64,000 bases of DNA, taken from contig NIVC01003112.1 of the NCBI GenBank assembly GCA_002269645.1, positions 1 through 64,000 on the forward strand. Reading direction: 5' to 3'. Positions 1-12,612 of the stretch are shown piece by piece; positions within the stretch are counted from its first letter, which is position 1; each line of letters opens with the position of its first letter. This DNA comes from Macrostomum lignano (Eukaryota). A program made the translations under genes and the position numbers. The notes under the pieces are model-generated. The model worked only from the letters and a program-made list of their open reading frames with translations. It searched no databases and was not told the DNA's origin.

Positions 1-817
1 TTGGGAATTTCACTAGTTTCGCTGATCAAGCCTCAACTCCCTGGACATCCTCAGCCAGTCTCTCAAACATTCCATCATCACCCCGATGACTGTCTTTTCT
101 TGCAATTATCATGTTCTTAAACCGATCGCTTCCCATATTTAGATATTTTATACGCATATTCAAAATGTTTACCTCGAGAGGCGTTCGATCTGTAGACAAA
201 TAAATTGAGTCATTTTATGCTGTTCCTGTAAGACAAGAGAAATGGCAACAGCCAAGTTCAAAACAGCCTTTTCGTACCATAATTTCCATTAATTTAATCA
301 CCAGAATGGTTGGATTCGATCTCCTTGTCCGTAAGCTCCCTACTCTAACTGGGGGGGGGGGGCTGTTTAAGCCTTGGATACGCCCAGGCGCTGGCAACAG
401 AAATATGATTAGGGCGCGTGACAATTGAACATATTCCACCGTCTCTATGCTCTTGATCCCCGGCTACGAATATCGAGGGGGATATTTTCCCTAGGAGATT
501 GTGATTTCAATGCGGGATCGTCCCTACTCATTATAATATTCTGTGTTCTTTCGAGTTTTTATTTTTCAAACCGCCTGTTCGCTTAATCTAAATCAGCTGG
601 GTCGGCAACCTCCGACCCACGGGCCACATGCGGCCACGTCTCTATCCGGGGGCCCTCGGTCCTTTGAAAACTTCACAATATCAATCTGGCTTGCTCTCTT
701 CTCAGCTTTCTCCTCTCCCCTCTTCCTCACAGGTCTCGGTAGCGTTTTCTAGACTTCAGTTTGATGAAGTCCGAAGCAGCCTCAGACTAAACCAGCTGAA
801 TCAAACACGTATACAGT

Positions 818-943
818 GGGGTGTCAAGGATTGTCAAAGCGGGTGTCAGGGATTAAACAAGGCGGGTGTCAGGGATTGTCAAAGTGGGTGTCAGGGATCG
901 TCAAAGTGGGTGTCAGGGATGGCCAAGGCGGGTGTCAGGGTCG
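818..943. repeat. Degenerate 21-bp tandem repeat, about 6 copies
   Basis: Units of the form GGGTGTCAGGGATYGTCAAAG visible directly. Confidence 0.8.
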
Positions 944-1320
944 CCAGCTCCATCAGTCACAGAACGTGAAAGATGTACCACGGTAGTTAAAGAACTGCGA
1001 AAATGCGGAAGACCTTTTAGATGCTTCGAGTTGTTTAGCAAAAATAAAAGCAGTTTATAATTTGTGTTTACAATCGGGTCGGTTTCCAGCCTCATTGGCC
1101 AGATTAAAACAAAAAACAAAATGAGCTAATAACAAATTTAAATTGCCAGCCGTTAACAGAGCTGCTTACCAATATTTACAAAACCAAATTTGAAGTAATT
1201 TGTGTGCTAATTTTCATGCAAGTTGAACAGCAAATGTGTACAGTGCATGGCATGAATCATTGAAAAAATATAAAATTGTCCCATTATTTCACACACTAAC
1301 CCACAAAAACACATAGACCC

Positions 1321-1535
1321 TAAATATTGTCAGACACTCGTATAGATTATGTCAGCAGCTGGTAAATATTGTCAGACACTCGTATAGATTATGTCAGCAG
1401 CTGGTAAATATTGTCAGACACTCGTATAGATTATGTCAGCAGCTGGTAAATATTGTCAGACACTCGTATAGATTATGTCAGCAGCTGGTAAATATTGTCA
1501 GACACTCGTATAGATTATGTCAGCAGCTGGTAAAT
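1321..1535. repeat. 42-bp tandem repeat, 5 copies
   Basis: TAAATATTGTCAGACACTCGTATAGATTATGTCAGCAGCTGG repeated exactly, just 3' of the minus-strand HLH-like gene. Confidence 0.95.
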
Positions 1536-1563
1536 GATTATTTCATCGAAGGACGAAGGCAGA

Positions 1564-3042
1564 TCAGCCCAGTCGCACCGGCCCCAGGTCGCAGAGCAGC
1601 TCAGTCAAGTCGCTGACGGCAGCAGATGACACGCAGGTCAGCTCGTCCGCCTGCGGCACCGCTGATTCCGAGTCCTGACTGTCGGGCTGCCGCTGCTCCT
1701 GCAGTGCTGGAACTGAAATATTGCGATAGACTTGTTCCATTCAAGTCTGCTTGCACTGACGAATTCTCTGCCTTCCGCCTGTCTCCCTTCCCTCCCCGCC
1801 TGTCTCCCTTCCCTCCCCGCCTGTCTCCCTTCCCCCCTGCCTGTCTCCCTTCCCTCCCCACCTGTCTCCCTTCCCTCCCACCTGTCTCCCTTCCCTCCCC
1901 ACCTGTCACCCTTCCCTCCCCACCTGTCTCCTTTCCCTCCCCACCTGTCACCCTTCCCTCCCCACCTGTCTCCCTTCCCTCCCCACCTGTCTCCCTTCCC
2001 TCCCCGCCTGTCTCCCTTCCCTCCCCACCTGTCTCCCTTCCCTCCCCACCTGTCTCCCTTCCCTCCCCACCTGTCTCCCTTTCCTCCCCACCTGTCTCCC
2101 TTCCCTCCCCACCTGTCTCCCTTTCCTCCCCGCCTGTCTCCCTTCCCCCCTGCCTGTCTCCCTTCCCTCCCCACCTGTCTCCCTTCCCTCCCCACCTGTC
2201 TCCCTTCCCTCCCCACCTGTCTCCCTTCCCTCCCCGCCTGTCTCCCTTCCCCCCTGCCTGTCTCCCTTCCCTCTCCGCCTGTCTCCCTTCCCTCCCCACC
2301 TGTCTCCCTTCCCTCCCCACCTGTCTCCCTTTCCTCCCCGCCTGTCTCCCTTCCCCCCTGCCTGTCTCCCTTCCCTCCCCACCTGTCTCCCTTCCCTCCC
2401 CACCTGTCTCCCTTCCTCCCCACCTGTCTCCCTTCCCTCCCCGCCTGTCTCCCTTCCCCCTGCCTGTCTCCCTTCCCTCTCCGCCTGTCTCCCTTCCCTC
2501 CCCGCCTGTCTCCCTTCCCTCCCCACCTGTCTCCCTTCCCTCCCCGCCTGTCTCCCTTCCCTCCCCGCCTGTCTTCCTCCCCTCCCCGCCTGTCTCCCTT
2601 CCCTCCCCGCCTGTCTCCCTTCCCTCCCCGCCTGTCTCCCTTCCCTTCCCGCCTGTCTCCCTTCCCTCCCCGCCTGTCTCCCTTCCCTCCCCGCCTGTCT
2701 CTCCCCTCTGCTCAGCTCCTTCACCCTTCTCTCCCTGCCCCTCACCGCTCTCAGGCGCCATCACGCAGTCAGGTGAGACGCAAAAGTCCACCAGACGCTC
2801 AAGAAAGTCGGCGACGTCCTCGGTGGTGTCGCCACCAGGCTCCTGGAATTGGAGAGATACGATGGTTTGCAGAGTAACGAATCTATTAATGTTTTAGACT
2901 ATCAAATGCTACTTTGAGCAGCTGAGCTCACCGAGTTGGATGAGACTGGCGGCAGCATGTTCTTCAGCTTGCGCAGCGTCTTCATGAGCTGACGTCGAGA
3001 TGGCCGACGGTAGACGGGAATCCTTGATGCGTCAATTGTCAT
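1564..3042 (-). CDS. Small 3-exon protein (118 aa), probable divergent ID/Emc-like helix-loop-helix protein
   Basis: Exons 3042-2932, 2842-2746 and 1712-1564 have canonical GT-AG sites with matching phases (0, 1) and a GCCACCATG start. The protein is MTIDASRIPVYRRPSRRQLMKTLRKLKNMLPPVSSNS/EPGGDTTEDVADFLERLVDFCVSPDCVMAPES/VPALQ...PVRLG*. LRKLKNMLP and FLERLVDFC resemble ID/Emc helix 1 (SKLKELVP) and helix 2 (ILQHVIDYI). The gene structure is better supported than the family call. Confidence 0.65.
1771..2706. repeat. 21-bp pyrimidine-rich minisatellite filling intron 2 of the HLH-like gene
   Basis: Unit CCTGTCTCCCTTCCCTCCCC(A/G); source of the spurious 261-423 aa ORFs here. Confidence 0.95.
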
Positions 3043-3126
3043 GGTGGCGAAGATCTGAGCGAATCGTTTAGGACAGGAGGCGAAGCTTTTTACTATTTTG
3101 GTAAATCATGTCGCGACAAGATAAGA

Positions 3127-3720
3127 CCTGACTCTGTACCAGATAGAACCTGACTCTCTGTACCAGATAGAACCTGACTCTCTGTACCAGATAGAACCTG
3201 ACTCTCTGTACCAGATAGAACCTGACTCTCTGTACCAGATAGAACCGGACTCTCTGTACCAGATAGAACCTGACTCTCTGTACCAGATAGAACCTGACTC
3301 TCTGTACCAGATAGAACCTGACTCTCTGTACCAGATAGAACCTGACTCTCTGTACCAGATAGAACCTGACTCTCTGTACCAGATAGAACCTGACTCTCTG
3401 TACCAGATAAAACCTGACTCTCTGTACCAGATAGAACCTGACTCTCTGTACCAGATAGAACCTGACTCTCTGTACCAGATAGAACCTGACTCTCTGTACC
3501 AGATAGAACCTGACTCTCTGTACCAGATAAAACCTGACTCTCTGTACCAGATAGAACCTGACTCTCTGTACCAGATAGAACCTGACTCTGTACCAGATAG
3601 AACCTGACTCTCTGTACCAGATAGAACCTGACTCTCTGTACCAGATAGAACCTGACTCTCTGTACCAGATAGAACCTGACTCTCTGTACCAGATAAAACC
3701 TGACTCTCTGTACCAGATAA
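3127..3720. repeat. 24-bp tandem repeat, about 25 copies
   Basis: Unit AGATAGAACCTGACTCTCTGTACC. Confidence 0.95.
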
Positions 3721-4381
3721 GGGTAGGGGTCATTGCAAGCAGAGAAGACTCAAGATTTTTCTGTCTATATAATATAGGTTTGCGTGCCTCAGGCTGTAAG
3801 ACAGAGTCTTTACAGCAATACAGGCAGTAAATCTACAGTCATGACAACTATCGAGGCTAATCCGATCGATCCTATAAACAACTGTTAACGCCTCATAATT
3901 ACCCGCCCGCATGCATTACTTACCTGCCCTAGCAACTAAAATTTTAAAGCCGCGCCGCCAATCTCGCACCTTACTTCTCTTCTCCTCACTATAGAATCCT
4001 GAGCAAAGGCATATTTTCAAATGATTTTAATACACTTCGAGCTCGTCAACGAGCCGCGTCCCCACTCAATTGAAATCCTCTGAGGGTGTTGGGCGCGAGC
4101 TTGGCCAAGGAATCCCCGCAGCCTTCATGAATAATTCATCTCTCAGGCGTGAATGCGAATCGAGTCAAGAGCGCAAGGATTGAGCAGGACGGGGCGAGTA
4201 TCTCCCTCCTTGTCTCTGCGCTGTCACCCATACAGTTACCACCCGGAGTGTCTGCTCGCTTGGCTGACTTCCGCCCACATTGAAGCAGCTCTGTGGTCAC
4301 AGCGACTTCCGCAATACTCGTACCATTTTCCTTTGTCTCTCAATGAGGCGTCATGGTCAAGATCTGCGAGAACAGACTGGA

Positions 4382-4509
4382 GTAAGGAGAATGAGATTGA
4401 GTATGAGAATGATATTGAGAATGAGAATGAGTATGAGAATGCGATTGGGAATGAGAATGAGAGTGAGACGGAAAAGCTGAGGATAAGATGGAATGAGAGC
4501 ACGAGAACT

Positions 4510-4572
<63 letters not shown>
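4382..4572. repeat. GAGAAT-type hexamer run followed by (GA)n microsatellite
   Basis: Directly visible. Confidence 0.85.
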
Positions 4573-4575
<3 letters not shown>

Positions 4576-6319
4576 GAGACGAAAGTCTCAGCCATGCCAC
4601 GCTTCCTGGAGTCGCCCCCAAAATCTGCACAAAGAACTTCTTACGCAACCAGCTGGCCACGGGCACAGCAATAAGAAGATAGTTGTGAAGTGATTACTGA
4701 TTACCTGGTCCGCCCGGTTACCCCCAAATCCCCGGAGCCCCCGCTGGGACACGCTGTCCCCGTGTTGTCAAACTTCATTCCCGACTCCCTGAAGGGATCT
4801 GCAGGTTGCGCAGCCGGTCTGGCGTGGGTAAAATCCCCGGCTTTGATTTAATCACCCCTTGCCAGTTCCGCTGCAAGCACCACCCCCCCCCCCAGGGATT
4901 CGAGTTAGTGATGAGGAGGGGGGTAATTTTGTTGCTTACACAAAACAAAACAAAACAGAATCCCCGCTTAGCAATCAGGGGATTGCGGTGGCGCCTCAGT
5001 TATCTTGTATCCAGGCGGAACCGGGCCTGCCGGAGCTGTAAATTATCTGTATTAGACAGGTAGGAGAGTTGCCAGGGTCCACGCAGCACAGGTATTGCAG
5101 TTGCAGTTTCGGGTCCAGAGGCTTTCTTTAGATGGCTGTGGCGAGATACTCGCTCCAGACTCCCATTTCTAGCAAAGTGCCCCGCCACTCGCAGTTCCAG
5201 TTCTTCCTTTATCTCCACCTGGGATCTCCATCAAACTCTTAACTGGGCCACAGCCTCTTTAGAGTCCCTCCCATCTTCGTAAAAACAGCCCCAAGGCACT
5301 GGTGGGAGGTGGAGGTTTAACACTGGGGATATAAATTATTACGAGTTTGAACCCGGCCAGATGTCGCCCCAAGAGACTGCGGCAGTTCATAGGCATCATG
5401 CCGTCCATTAAGTTGGGTGTTTTGGGTCTTTGTACCCAAAGTCTTTATTATCTATCCCTGCAGTTTCTGAACATGACGCAGGCAACTCAGTCTTACAGCT
5501 TAATGCTACCTAGAACCTAGCCAGCTAAATTCTGAAAAAAAAGCAGAAAAATGCATTGTAAAACTTACCGAATTGTCAAACTGAGTGTAGGAGCGGCTTA
5601 GGCTTTATCAAAGGCAGAAGAAGTCTTAGTCGTTTGACTGCTTTGTTCTGGAATATTTATAAGACAAAGACCTCTAGCTGACTACTGGGGGACTGGCCCG
5701 CTCGCGTGCTTATTTTTCTACTTGTAGCCTCTCCTCAATCCTACTTCTGGTTCTGGAGCGGCGGGCGGGGTAGGGCGGATCTTATACTGATTATACTGAA
5801 GTGGGGGGCAGAGAGGGGGTGGTGGGCGCTCCAGGACCCGAGCTGGGGTTGGCTGCGGGTGACCCCCACCCCCCAAGCGTCTATAGCGAGACAGATGTCC
5901 CGACCAGGGGGGGGGGGGTTGGGAGCTGCGGGGCCCCGGCCCCCACCGCCCCCAACCGACGCCATGGGAGATGCGGGCGGCGGCCCTGCCAGCCTGTGAC
6001 TCGACAGGCTGTAGCATCAAAGTCTCTTTAGTCTGCTTTTGAAAATAAAAACAAGCAGGGTAAGAGGGATCGGGGATTTATCCTTTTATTTAGCAGTGCG
6101 GAGCCGAGCGGGAGAGCCGGTCTGCAGATGGTGCAGTAAGCAGGTCACGCTGGGGCTTGTCCCCAATTCGGTTTACCAGAGCCCCAAAATAGCAGCAGGA
6201 CTGGAGAACTTAAAAAAGAAAAAACCATTTGCCCAGGGAGTTCCGGATTCTTTGCTGGCCTTGGTCTATATTCTTCTACAATACAATGTTCACTCAATTC
6301 ACGCCTCACGCCTCAAGTC

Positions 6320-7132
6320 ACAGCACCATCACCTCAATTCACAGCGCCATCCCCTCAATTCACAGCGCCATCCCCTCAATTCACAGCGCCATCCCCTCAA
6401 TTCACAGCGCCATCCCCTCAATTCACAGCGCCATCCCTCAATTCACAGCGCCATCCCCTCAATTCACAGCGCCATCCCCTCAATTCACAGCGCCATCCCC
6501 TCAATTCACAGCGCCATCCCCTCAATTCACAGCGCCATCCCCTCAATTCACAGCGCCATCCCTCAATTCACAGCGCCATCCCCTCAATTCACAGCGCCAT
6601 CCCCTCAATTCACAGCGCCATCCTCTCAATTCACAGTGCCATCCCCTCAATTCACAGCGCCATCCCCTCAATTCACAGCGCCATCCCCTCAATTCACAGC
6701 GCCATCCCCTCAATTCACAGTGCCATCCCTCAATTCACAGCGCCATCCCCTCAATTCACAGCGCCATCCCCTCAATTCACAGCGCCATCCCCTCAATTCA
6801 CAGCGCCATCCCTCAATTCACAGTGCCATCCCCTCAATTCACAGCGCCATCCCCTCAATTCACAGCGCCATCCCTCAATTCACAGCGCCATCCCCTAAAT
6901 TCACAGCGCCATCCCTCAATTCACAGCGCCATCCCCTCAATTCACAGCGCCATCCCCTCAATTCACAGCGCCATCCTCTCAATTCACAGTGCCATCCCCT
7001 CAATTCACAGCGCCATCCCCTCAATTCACAGCGCCATCCTCTCAATTCACAGCGCCATCCTCTCAATTCACAGCGCCATCCCCTCAATTCACAGTGCCAT
7101 CCCCTCAATTCACAGCGCCATCCCCTCAATTC
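6320..7132. repeat. 21-bp tandem repeat, about 38 copies
   Basis: Unit CACAGCGCCATCCCCTCAATT, with occasional single-C deletions. Confidence 0.95.
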
Positions 7133-7774
7133 AGCCAGCCCCACCCGTCCAGATATCCTCCCCAGAAGAACTCTCTGGCTTGGCCATGCCACTACAGCGC
7201 AACTCAGCCACAGTCAAACAAGCCATTCTAATCCAATTCCAAAAACTCGAAAGGAACTCGATTCGACTCCGAATTGACCTACTTTCCGATCGCGCAGTCT
7301 AGACTGGAGGCTGGAGCCTCAGCCTCCCCCGGTTAAAACGGGATTGCAATTTCAACGGAGAAAAGTAGCGAAACTCGAAAAAAATCCGAACCACTTTTCA
7401 GTGCGTCTACGAGCTACTTTGCTGCTTTGATTGAAACCAAAAAAGAGTTGATGACGAAAGTTCGGATGGCTCCTTAGTTCGTTCATCATAAATTAATTTT
7501 TTCTCTCAGACACGGCATAAAATGGATGGTGAATGAATGAAAGTTGGGATCAGTTTCCGTCTCGTTCCAATTTTGTGACACGGGTTCTGCATTTGTGGAC
7601 AATCTAAATTCAAAATTCAAGTTTAGTCGCACAAGAGATTGATGGTTTGAATTTTCTTTTAGTGACTTCTCGAAATGCAACAACGGCTACGGGCTCCATT
7701 CAATATTTTTGGGACTTTCTCAGCTCACAGTTCAACTCAACCTTTTCAGATTTTGGACTGCCAATTTTGCTTAT

Positions 7775-8110
7775 TTGTTGGCGCCAGTTCAAATGAGTTG
7801 TTGGCGCCTGTTCTGATGAGTTGTTGGCGCCAGTTCTGATGAGTTGTTGGCGCCAGTTCTGATGAGTTGTTGGCGCCACTTCAAATGAGTTGTTGGCGCC
7901 AGTTCTGATGAGTTGTTGGCGCCAGTTCTGATGAGTTGTTGGCGCCAGTTCTGATGAGTTGTTGGCGCCAGTTCTGATGAGTTGTTGGCGCCAGTTCTGA
8001 TGAGTTGTTGGCGCCAGTTCTGATGAGTTGTTGGCGCCAGTTCAAATGAGTTGTTGGCGCCAGTTCTGATGAGTTGTTGGCGCCAGTTCAAATAAGTTGT
8101 TAGCGCCAGT
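7775..8110. repeat. 23-bp tandem repeat, about 14 copies
   Basis: Unit GAGTTGTTGGCGCCAGTTCTGAT. Confidence 0.95.
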
Positions 8111-9534
8111 TCCGCTACTGTTTTGCAGCAGTTTTATCGCGGGTTTCTTGCTCGGGTTCGAGATCTGAACTGAAAATGAAATTGCTAGTGAACTGGCATG
8201 CTGGGGTGCCGGGGTCAGCACTCAGCAGTGCCCAGCACACTTGCAGATCGAGTTTCTATCGGTCTTAAATGATAAATGAAATGCAAATTTGCTTGATAAA
8301 CATAGCCATGACGTCACTAATGAACGGCAGCTGCCTTAATTCATGCCCCCTCAGCTATCGGATTCCCAGGTGCCAAATGATGACCCCGCCAAGGTGTTGG
8401 GTTTCTCACATTATGTCTGTCATTTCGCTCTCTCGATGCAGTCTTTGTGACCGCCTGCCTGCCTGCCTGACCGCAGTTTAATTGAGGGAATTATGCCCTA
8501 AGACAGTTTTTTCTAGCCCTGTCGGTAACTTGATCCAAATTAGAACGCACACCGGCCCGAGCTGTTCCGATATGGATAATTCAATTTCACTTTTTTTACT
8601 ACAGGCTGCCCTAATTGGTAAATTATCTCACCTACCAGATGGATGTCCATGTGCTTTGTCTTCTGTTTCCCAGCCGTCCCTTTCTTCCTTTCCGCCTCCC
8701 TGCATGCTCATCTCATTCGAATCCTTTGCTTCTCTGTTGTGAACTCTGCTTTGCGTATTTGCTTTGAGAAAGCGATGGTTGGGCCATAGACATTCCGCAT
8801 CAATGCAGGTAACATGACTCATGGGTATTCACAGCAGTGACCTCGCCTCTGTGACCCATATCCCGCTAACCTGTTTCACTCCCTATGCTTAATCTCTCTC
8901 TCTCCCTCTGCCGAACCTCTCTCCCTCTGCCTAACCTCTCTCCCTGTTTGTATCCTGAAAATGTATTATTCTATCTTCACCTTAAATGTCTCATTGGTCA
9001 GAGTTCGCGCCAGACGACCGCACTAAATGCGCCCCAAATAAGTATGGACGCCATCAGACAGACATGATCAAGGAGCTGAGCTCAGCCTCTTGTCTCCCAC
9101 TCCCACATTCTTGCATTCACCGGCAGGCTCAGGCAGAAGCTCACAATTCAACTTGTGTGGTCTGGAGCGAAGCTTAATGCGAAATACGCTGGTAGTTTTA
9201 ATTCTCCTTATCTGGGAGTCGGCTCTTATCTCTTGACTACACAATTTTAATAGCTTTGTTGCGAATATTTCCCAGTGTGGCCACCTATGGCCGAGGCCAC
9301 GTGATCCGCCTGTCCGCCAGTCTGGTGGAGAGTAGGGAGGGGTTGGTCCGCGTCAAAACAAAGCCAGCTTGAACTTTAATTTTAGTCCGTAAACATCCGT
9401 TTTTATCTGATTTTGTCTCGTGCAAACTGAAACAGCTCTAAAACCGAATATTATGAGCCTTTTCACTCTAACCGATTTGCCGTTAACCGTTTGCTTTAAG
9501 TTTCAAAACGATGGAAAATTGAAATTGTTTGAGA

Positions 9535-9805
9535 GAGGAGGAGCGAAGGAGGGTAAAGAGGGTAAAGAGGGAACTGAGGGTAAGTAGACAGGTCAGTAGG
9601 GCACATGAAGACAGGGGACAGAGGGGACAAGAGGGACAGAGGGCACAGCTAGGGTACACAGAGGGCACAGGGGGACACAGAGGGCTCAGGGGGGACAGAG
9701 GGCACAGGGACACAGAGGGCACAGGGGGACACAGAGGGCACAGGGGGGACAGAGGGCACAGGGGGACAGAGGGCACAGGGGGACAGAGGGCACAGGGGGA
9801 ACAAG
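9535..9805. repeat. Purine-rich degenerate repeat (GAGGGCACAGGGGGACA-like)
   Basis: Directly visible low-complexity array. Confidence 0.8.
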
Positions 9806-10479
9806 GAGAATGGAGCATTAACATCAGCTCACAGCCCGCTAGGATGTGGAGCCAATGGGTTCAGGAGTTTCGAAAATAATTGTCCCCGGGGCCGCAGTGC
9901 AAACCAATAAAACGAGTTAGCCAGTATAATACAGGAGTTTTATGTTGCGACTAAAGGGGACAAGAGCCATCAATGCTTCGTTCTTTCGTTATGATTCGGG
10001 AGTCTATCAAAATTTATTATTTTCCACTGATAAGTGATGATTGCGCTTGCACTGAGGGGTTTTATTTTTGACACAAGAAGTCAAGTCACAAAAGTTTGAA
10101 GTCTTTGTCACTGCGAAAGATGGTAGATATTTTGCCTCATGCTTTTGCTTGCTTCCTTCCGATTTCTGCTAAACGTGGATCTCTGAAAGTCTAAGCCATC
10201 AAAAGTCTGTTGTGTGTTCTAAGATTTGCGCTTGAAACGAACTGAAAGAACACATGGGACATGAGGTATTGAAGTTATGAATTTTTTATTTTATTTTTTG
10301 TTTGCAATATATCCGTCTAACGAGTAGTACGAAACGCATTTGGTTGAGTATCACTTCTCTAATATTTATTAGTCAGAGAAGTTGCAGATTTTTTGCGTTT
10401 CGAGTGGGAAATGTAATATTTGCGATGCATAGTCAGCTGGCAAAATATTGTTCAACGTCAGTCAGCTTCAGCATGCAGC

Positions 10480-11574
10480 TCAGGTAGCTGTGACGGCGGG
10501 CCCTGAAACGGTCGAAGTTTTCCCTGTGTAGGTGGAGCCCGCGCGGCCCCGGCCGCCGCCCGGGTTGCCGAAGCAGCGGTCGAGGCGGAACGTGGCCACG
10601 AAGTTGGCGCGGAACCCCTGGCCCATGAAGTAGGCCATCCAGTTGAAGGCGTTATTCATAAACAGTAGCGCGTTCAGGTACTCAAAGATGCGATGTCGGT
10701 CGTTGAGGGGTATCCAGTCCAAGGCCCCGAAAGTCTCAGTGGCGCTGAGCAGGCTCCATGGGAGCGTGAACATCAGGAAGTTGACGTTGAGAATGACCAG
10801 CACCAGGCTGAGCCGAATGGCGCGACTCTTCCTCTTATCGTCGCCGTTGTTGGTCTCGCCGAGGCCGCGGGCGCTGCGCAGCAGCATGACGCAGATCAGC
10901 GTGGTGCCCAGCAGCAGCAGGACGGCCAGCATCAGGCGGCCAACATAGAGCTCGTACTGCGTGTAAAATATGTAATACGCATCGTCATCGACTACACTCA
11001 CGTCTCGAAGCTCCGGATCCCACTCGATCAGGTAGATGGTCAGGGCGGGGAAGGACACGGTCAGAAGCAGAACGATGGCTAGCAAGATGGCGCTGTTTCG
11101 TCGATTCATTAGCTGCTTGGCCTTCAACGGAAAACAGACAGCGACGGCGCGGTCGACTGTGAGGCCCAGCTGCAAAAACGGAGCCCCGAACACCAACAGG
11201 TAAGTAAGGATGTAATAGATGCGCATCACTACAGCGCTCAGACTGCGCACCGGCCGATACCAGGACTGCGGATTCGTGACTAAGATAGTCGTGATCTCCA
11301 AGTAGTAGATTGGGCCCTGGGCCAGAAGGATCACAGTATCGGTGGCGCTAATCATCAGCATGTAAAGCCGGCTGTTTCTAGGAAATGACTTTCTATTGGC
11401 AGCCGTGACGATGAAACAAGCGGCATTAAGAAAACCGCCGCTCAATACCAGGACTGGGAAGAGCCAAGAGAAGACGTGGCGAACGAAAAAGTTCCAGCTG
11501 GGATCCCAGTACCACGGCGTGTACTGGCCGGCTGCGCCGTTGCCTGTCGAGTCGTTGGCCGCAGAGGAATTCAT
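10480..11574 (-). CDS. Intronless class A (rhodopsin-like) GPCR of the peptide/FMRFamide-receptor-like type, 364 aa
   Basis: N-terminal N-glycosylation sites (NSS, NDS) and seven hydrophobic segments. TM1 GGFLN, TM2 SATD, TM3 LTVDRAVAVCFP, TM6 FTLPW, TM7 MNNAFNWMAY, then helix 8 GQGFR. A 3' splice acceptor lies 7 nt before the ATG. Confidence 0.92.
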   Translation of the reverse strand: MNSSAANDSTGNGAAGQYTPWYWDPSWNFFVRHVFSWLFPVLVLSGGFLNAACFIVTAANRKSFPRNSRLYMLMISATDTVILLAQGPIYYLEITTILVTNPQSWYRPVRSLSAVVMRIYYILTYLLVFGAPFLQLGLTVDRAVAVCFPLKAKQLMNRRNSAILLAIVLLLTVSFPALTIYLIEWDPELRDVSVVDDDAYYIFYTQYELYVGRLMLAVLLLLGTTLICVMLLRSARGLGETNNGDDKRKSRAIRLSLVLVILNVNFLMFTLPWSLLSATETFGALDWIPLNDRHRIFEYLNALLFMNNAFNWMAYFMGQGFRANFVATFRLDRCFGNPGGGRGRAGSTYTGKTSTVSGPAVTAT

Positions 11575-12461
11575 GTATGCGCTGCGGGTTAAGAATGGAA
11601 AATTACCCTAGTCTCAGTCCTTGCTTCAATGGCTTAAATCGTGCATTAACTGCAATAGCTAGACTGTCGGCTCTGAGAGCATTTGCTCTTAAAATCAGGG
11701 AGCATAAACATTCTTAGTGGAGCGCCTGCTAATGCGGGCAGGCAAATGCTTTTGGAGTATCTCTGCTATGCATGTTGGTTCTTGAAAAAGTCCAGCAGTT
11801 CAGAGTGTGCTGATCGAAATCATGTCACTGTTAGTAGCTTACCGGCTACACGGCTGTAGAGAGCGGATGAATTTTTGATCCCATCGCTCAGGATTCTTGG
11901 GGATGAAATTTATATACAAGCCCGGATTGAGTAGGTGGTGGGGCACACCGTGCGATCGCAGCATGTGCTGCATTCCCAAAGGAATTGTCTCCGATGGGTG
12001 TATCAAAGGATGCAGCTAAATTGGCTAACTGGAAAAGTGGCAGATGGATGGACAACTCAAAATTCAAAGCCACATTGCGGCTATCAAAGAAGCTTGAAAA
12101 GATTGGAATGGGGCCGTATTTTTGGGCAGCTCATCAATAAATAAAATCTATGCCTAGAGGGTCTAGACTCTTTTAGGGGCCGCCAAATGCAGTTCTTTGA
12201 TTGTTTGTTTATCCGCAGCAAAAAGGCTATTGGGATCGCGTGAGATGGTCTGGTCTTTGTTGTTCAGGCTGCCTTGCAACGGATGGCTACGAATCATTGG
12301 ACTCGACGCTACTGCTTGATCACTTCACCTAAATCGACCCTCCCGCGTTTGGTGTGCCTTTTTGATTGCCTTCGGGTCATACATGGAGACAGGTCATCGA
12401 AGATTGGGTCATTGCTCTGGCGCCTAAGTTTAAATGCACACGTACTCGATACTCGTAAGTC

Positions 12462-12612
12462 GGGGCATCACGAACCCGAAATATCACAAACCCGAAAGTG
12501 TTAGCAGCACCCAACGCTATTTTCGTTTTCGGAGTTGATTAGTTCGGATAGCTCGTATCTCGGGTTTGCGATATTTCGGTTTTTTACATTTCGGGTTTAT
12601 GATGGCGACCCC
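12462..12612. mobile_element. Short MITE-like element with imperfect terminal inverted repeats
   Basis: Left GGGGCATCACGAACCCGAAAT versus the reverse complement of the right end GGGGTCGCCATCATAAACCCGAAAT. Internal ACCCGAAA subrepeats occur in both orientations. Flanks GTAAGTC / GTAAGGC resemble a decayed TSD. Confidence 0.55.

Noticed and set aside
1-1120. Short ORFs and exon-like pieces at the window start
   Set aside because: No recognisable domain or consistent splice chain.
1601-2897. Five long overlapping ORFs (261-423 aa)
   Set aside because: Stop-free readings of a 21-bp intronic minisatellite; only the flanking short exons are coding.
3127-3720. Regular arrays (also 1321, 46853, 54424) as CRISPR candidates
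   Set aside because: Head-to-tail repeats with no unique spacers, no cas genes, and a eukaryotic context.
4950-5660. Minus-strand splice-like signals (acceptors near 5219, 5459, 5648; donor near 5565)
   Set aside because: No frame-consistent coding chain could be built; may be UTR or lncRNA exons but unsupported.
6039-7302. 412-aa and 357-aa ORFs
   Set aside because: Translations of the 21-bp repeat that cycle between frames at single-base deletions.
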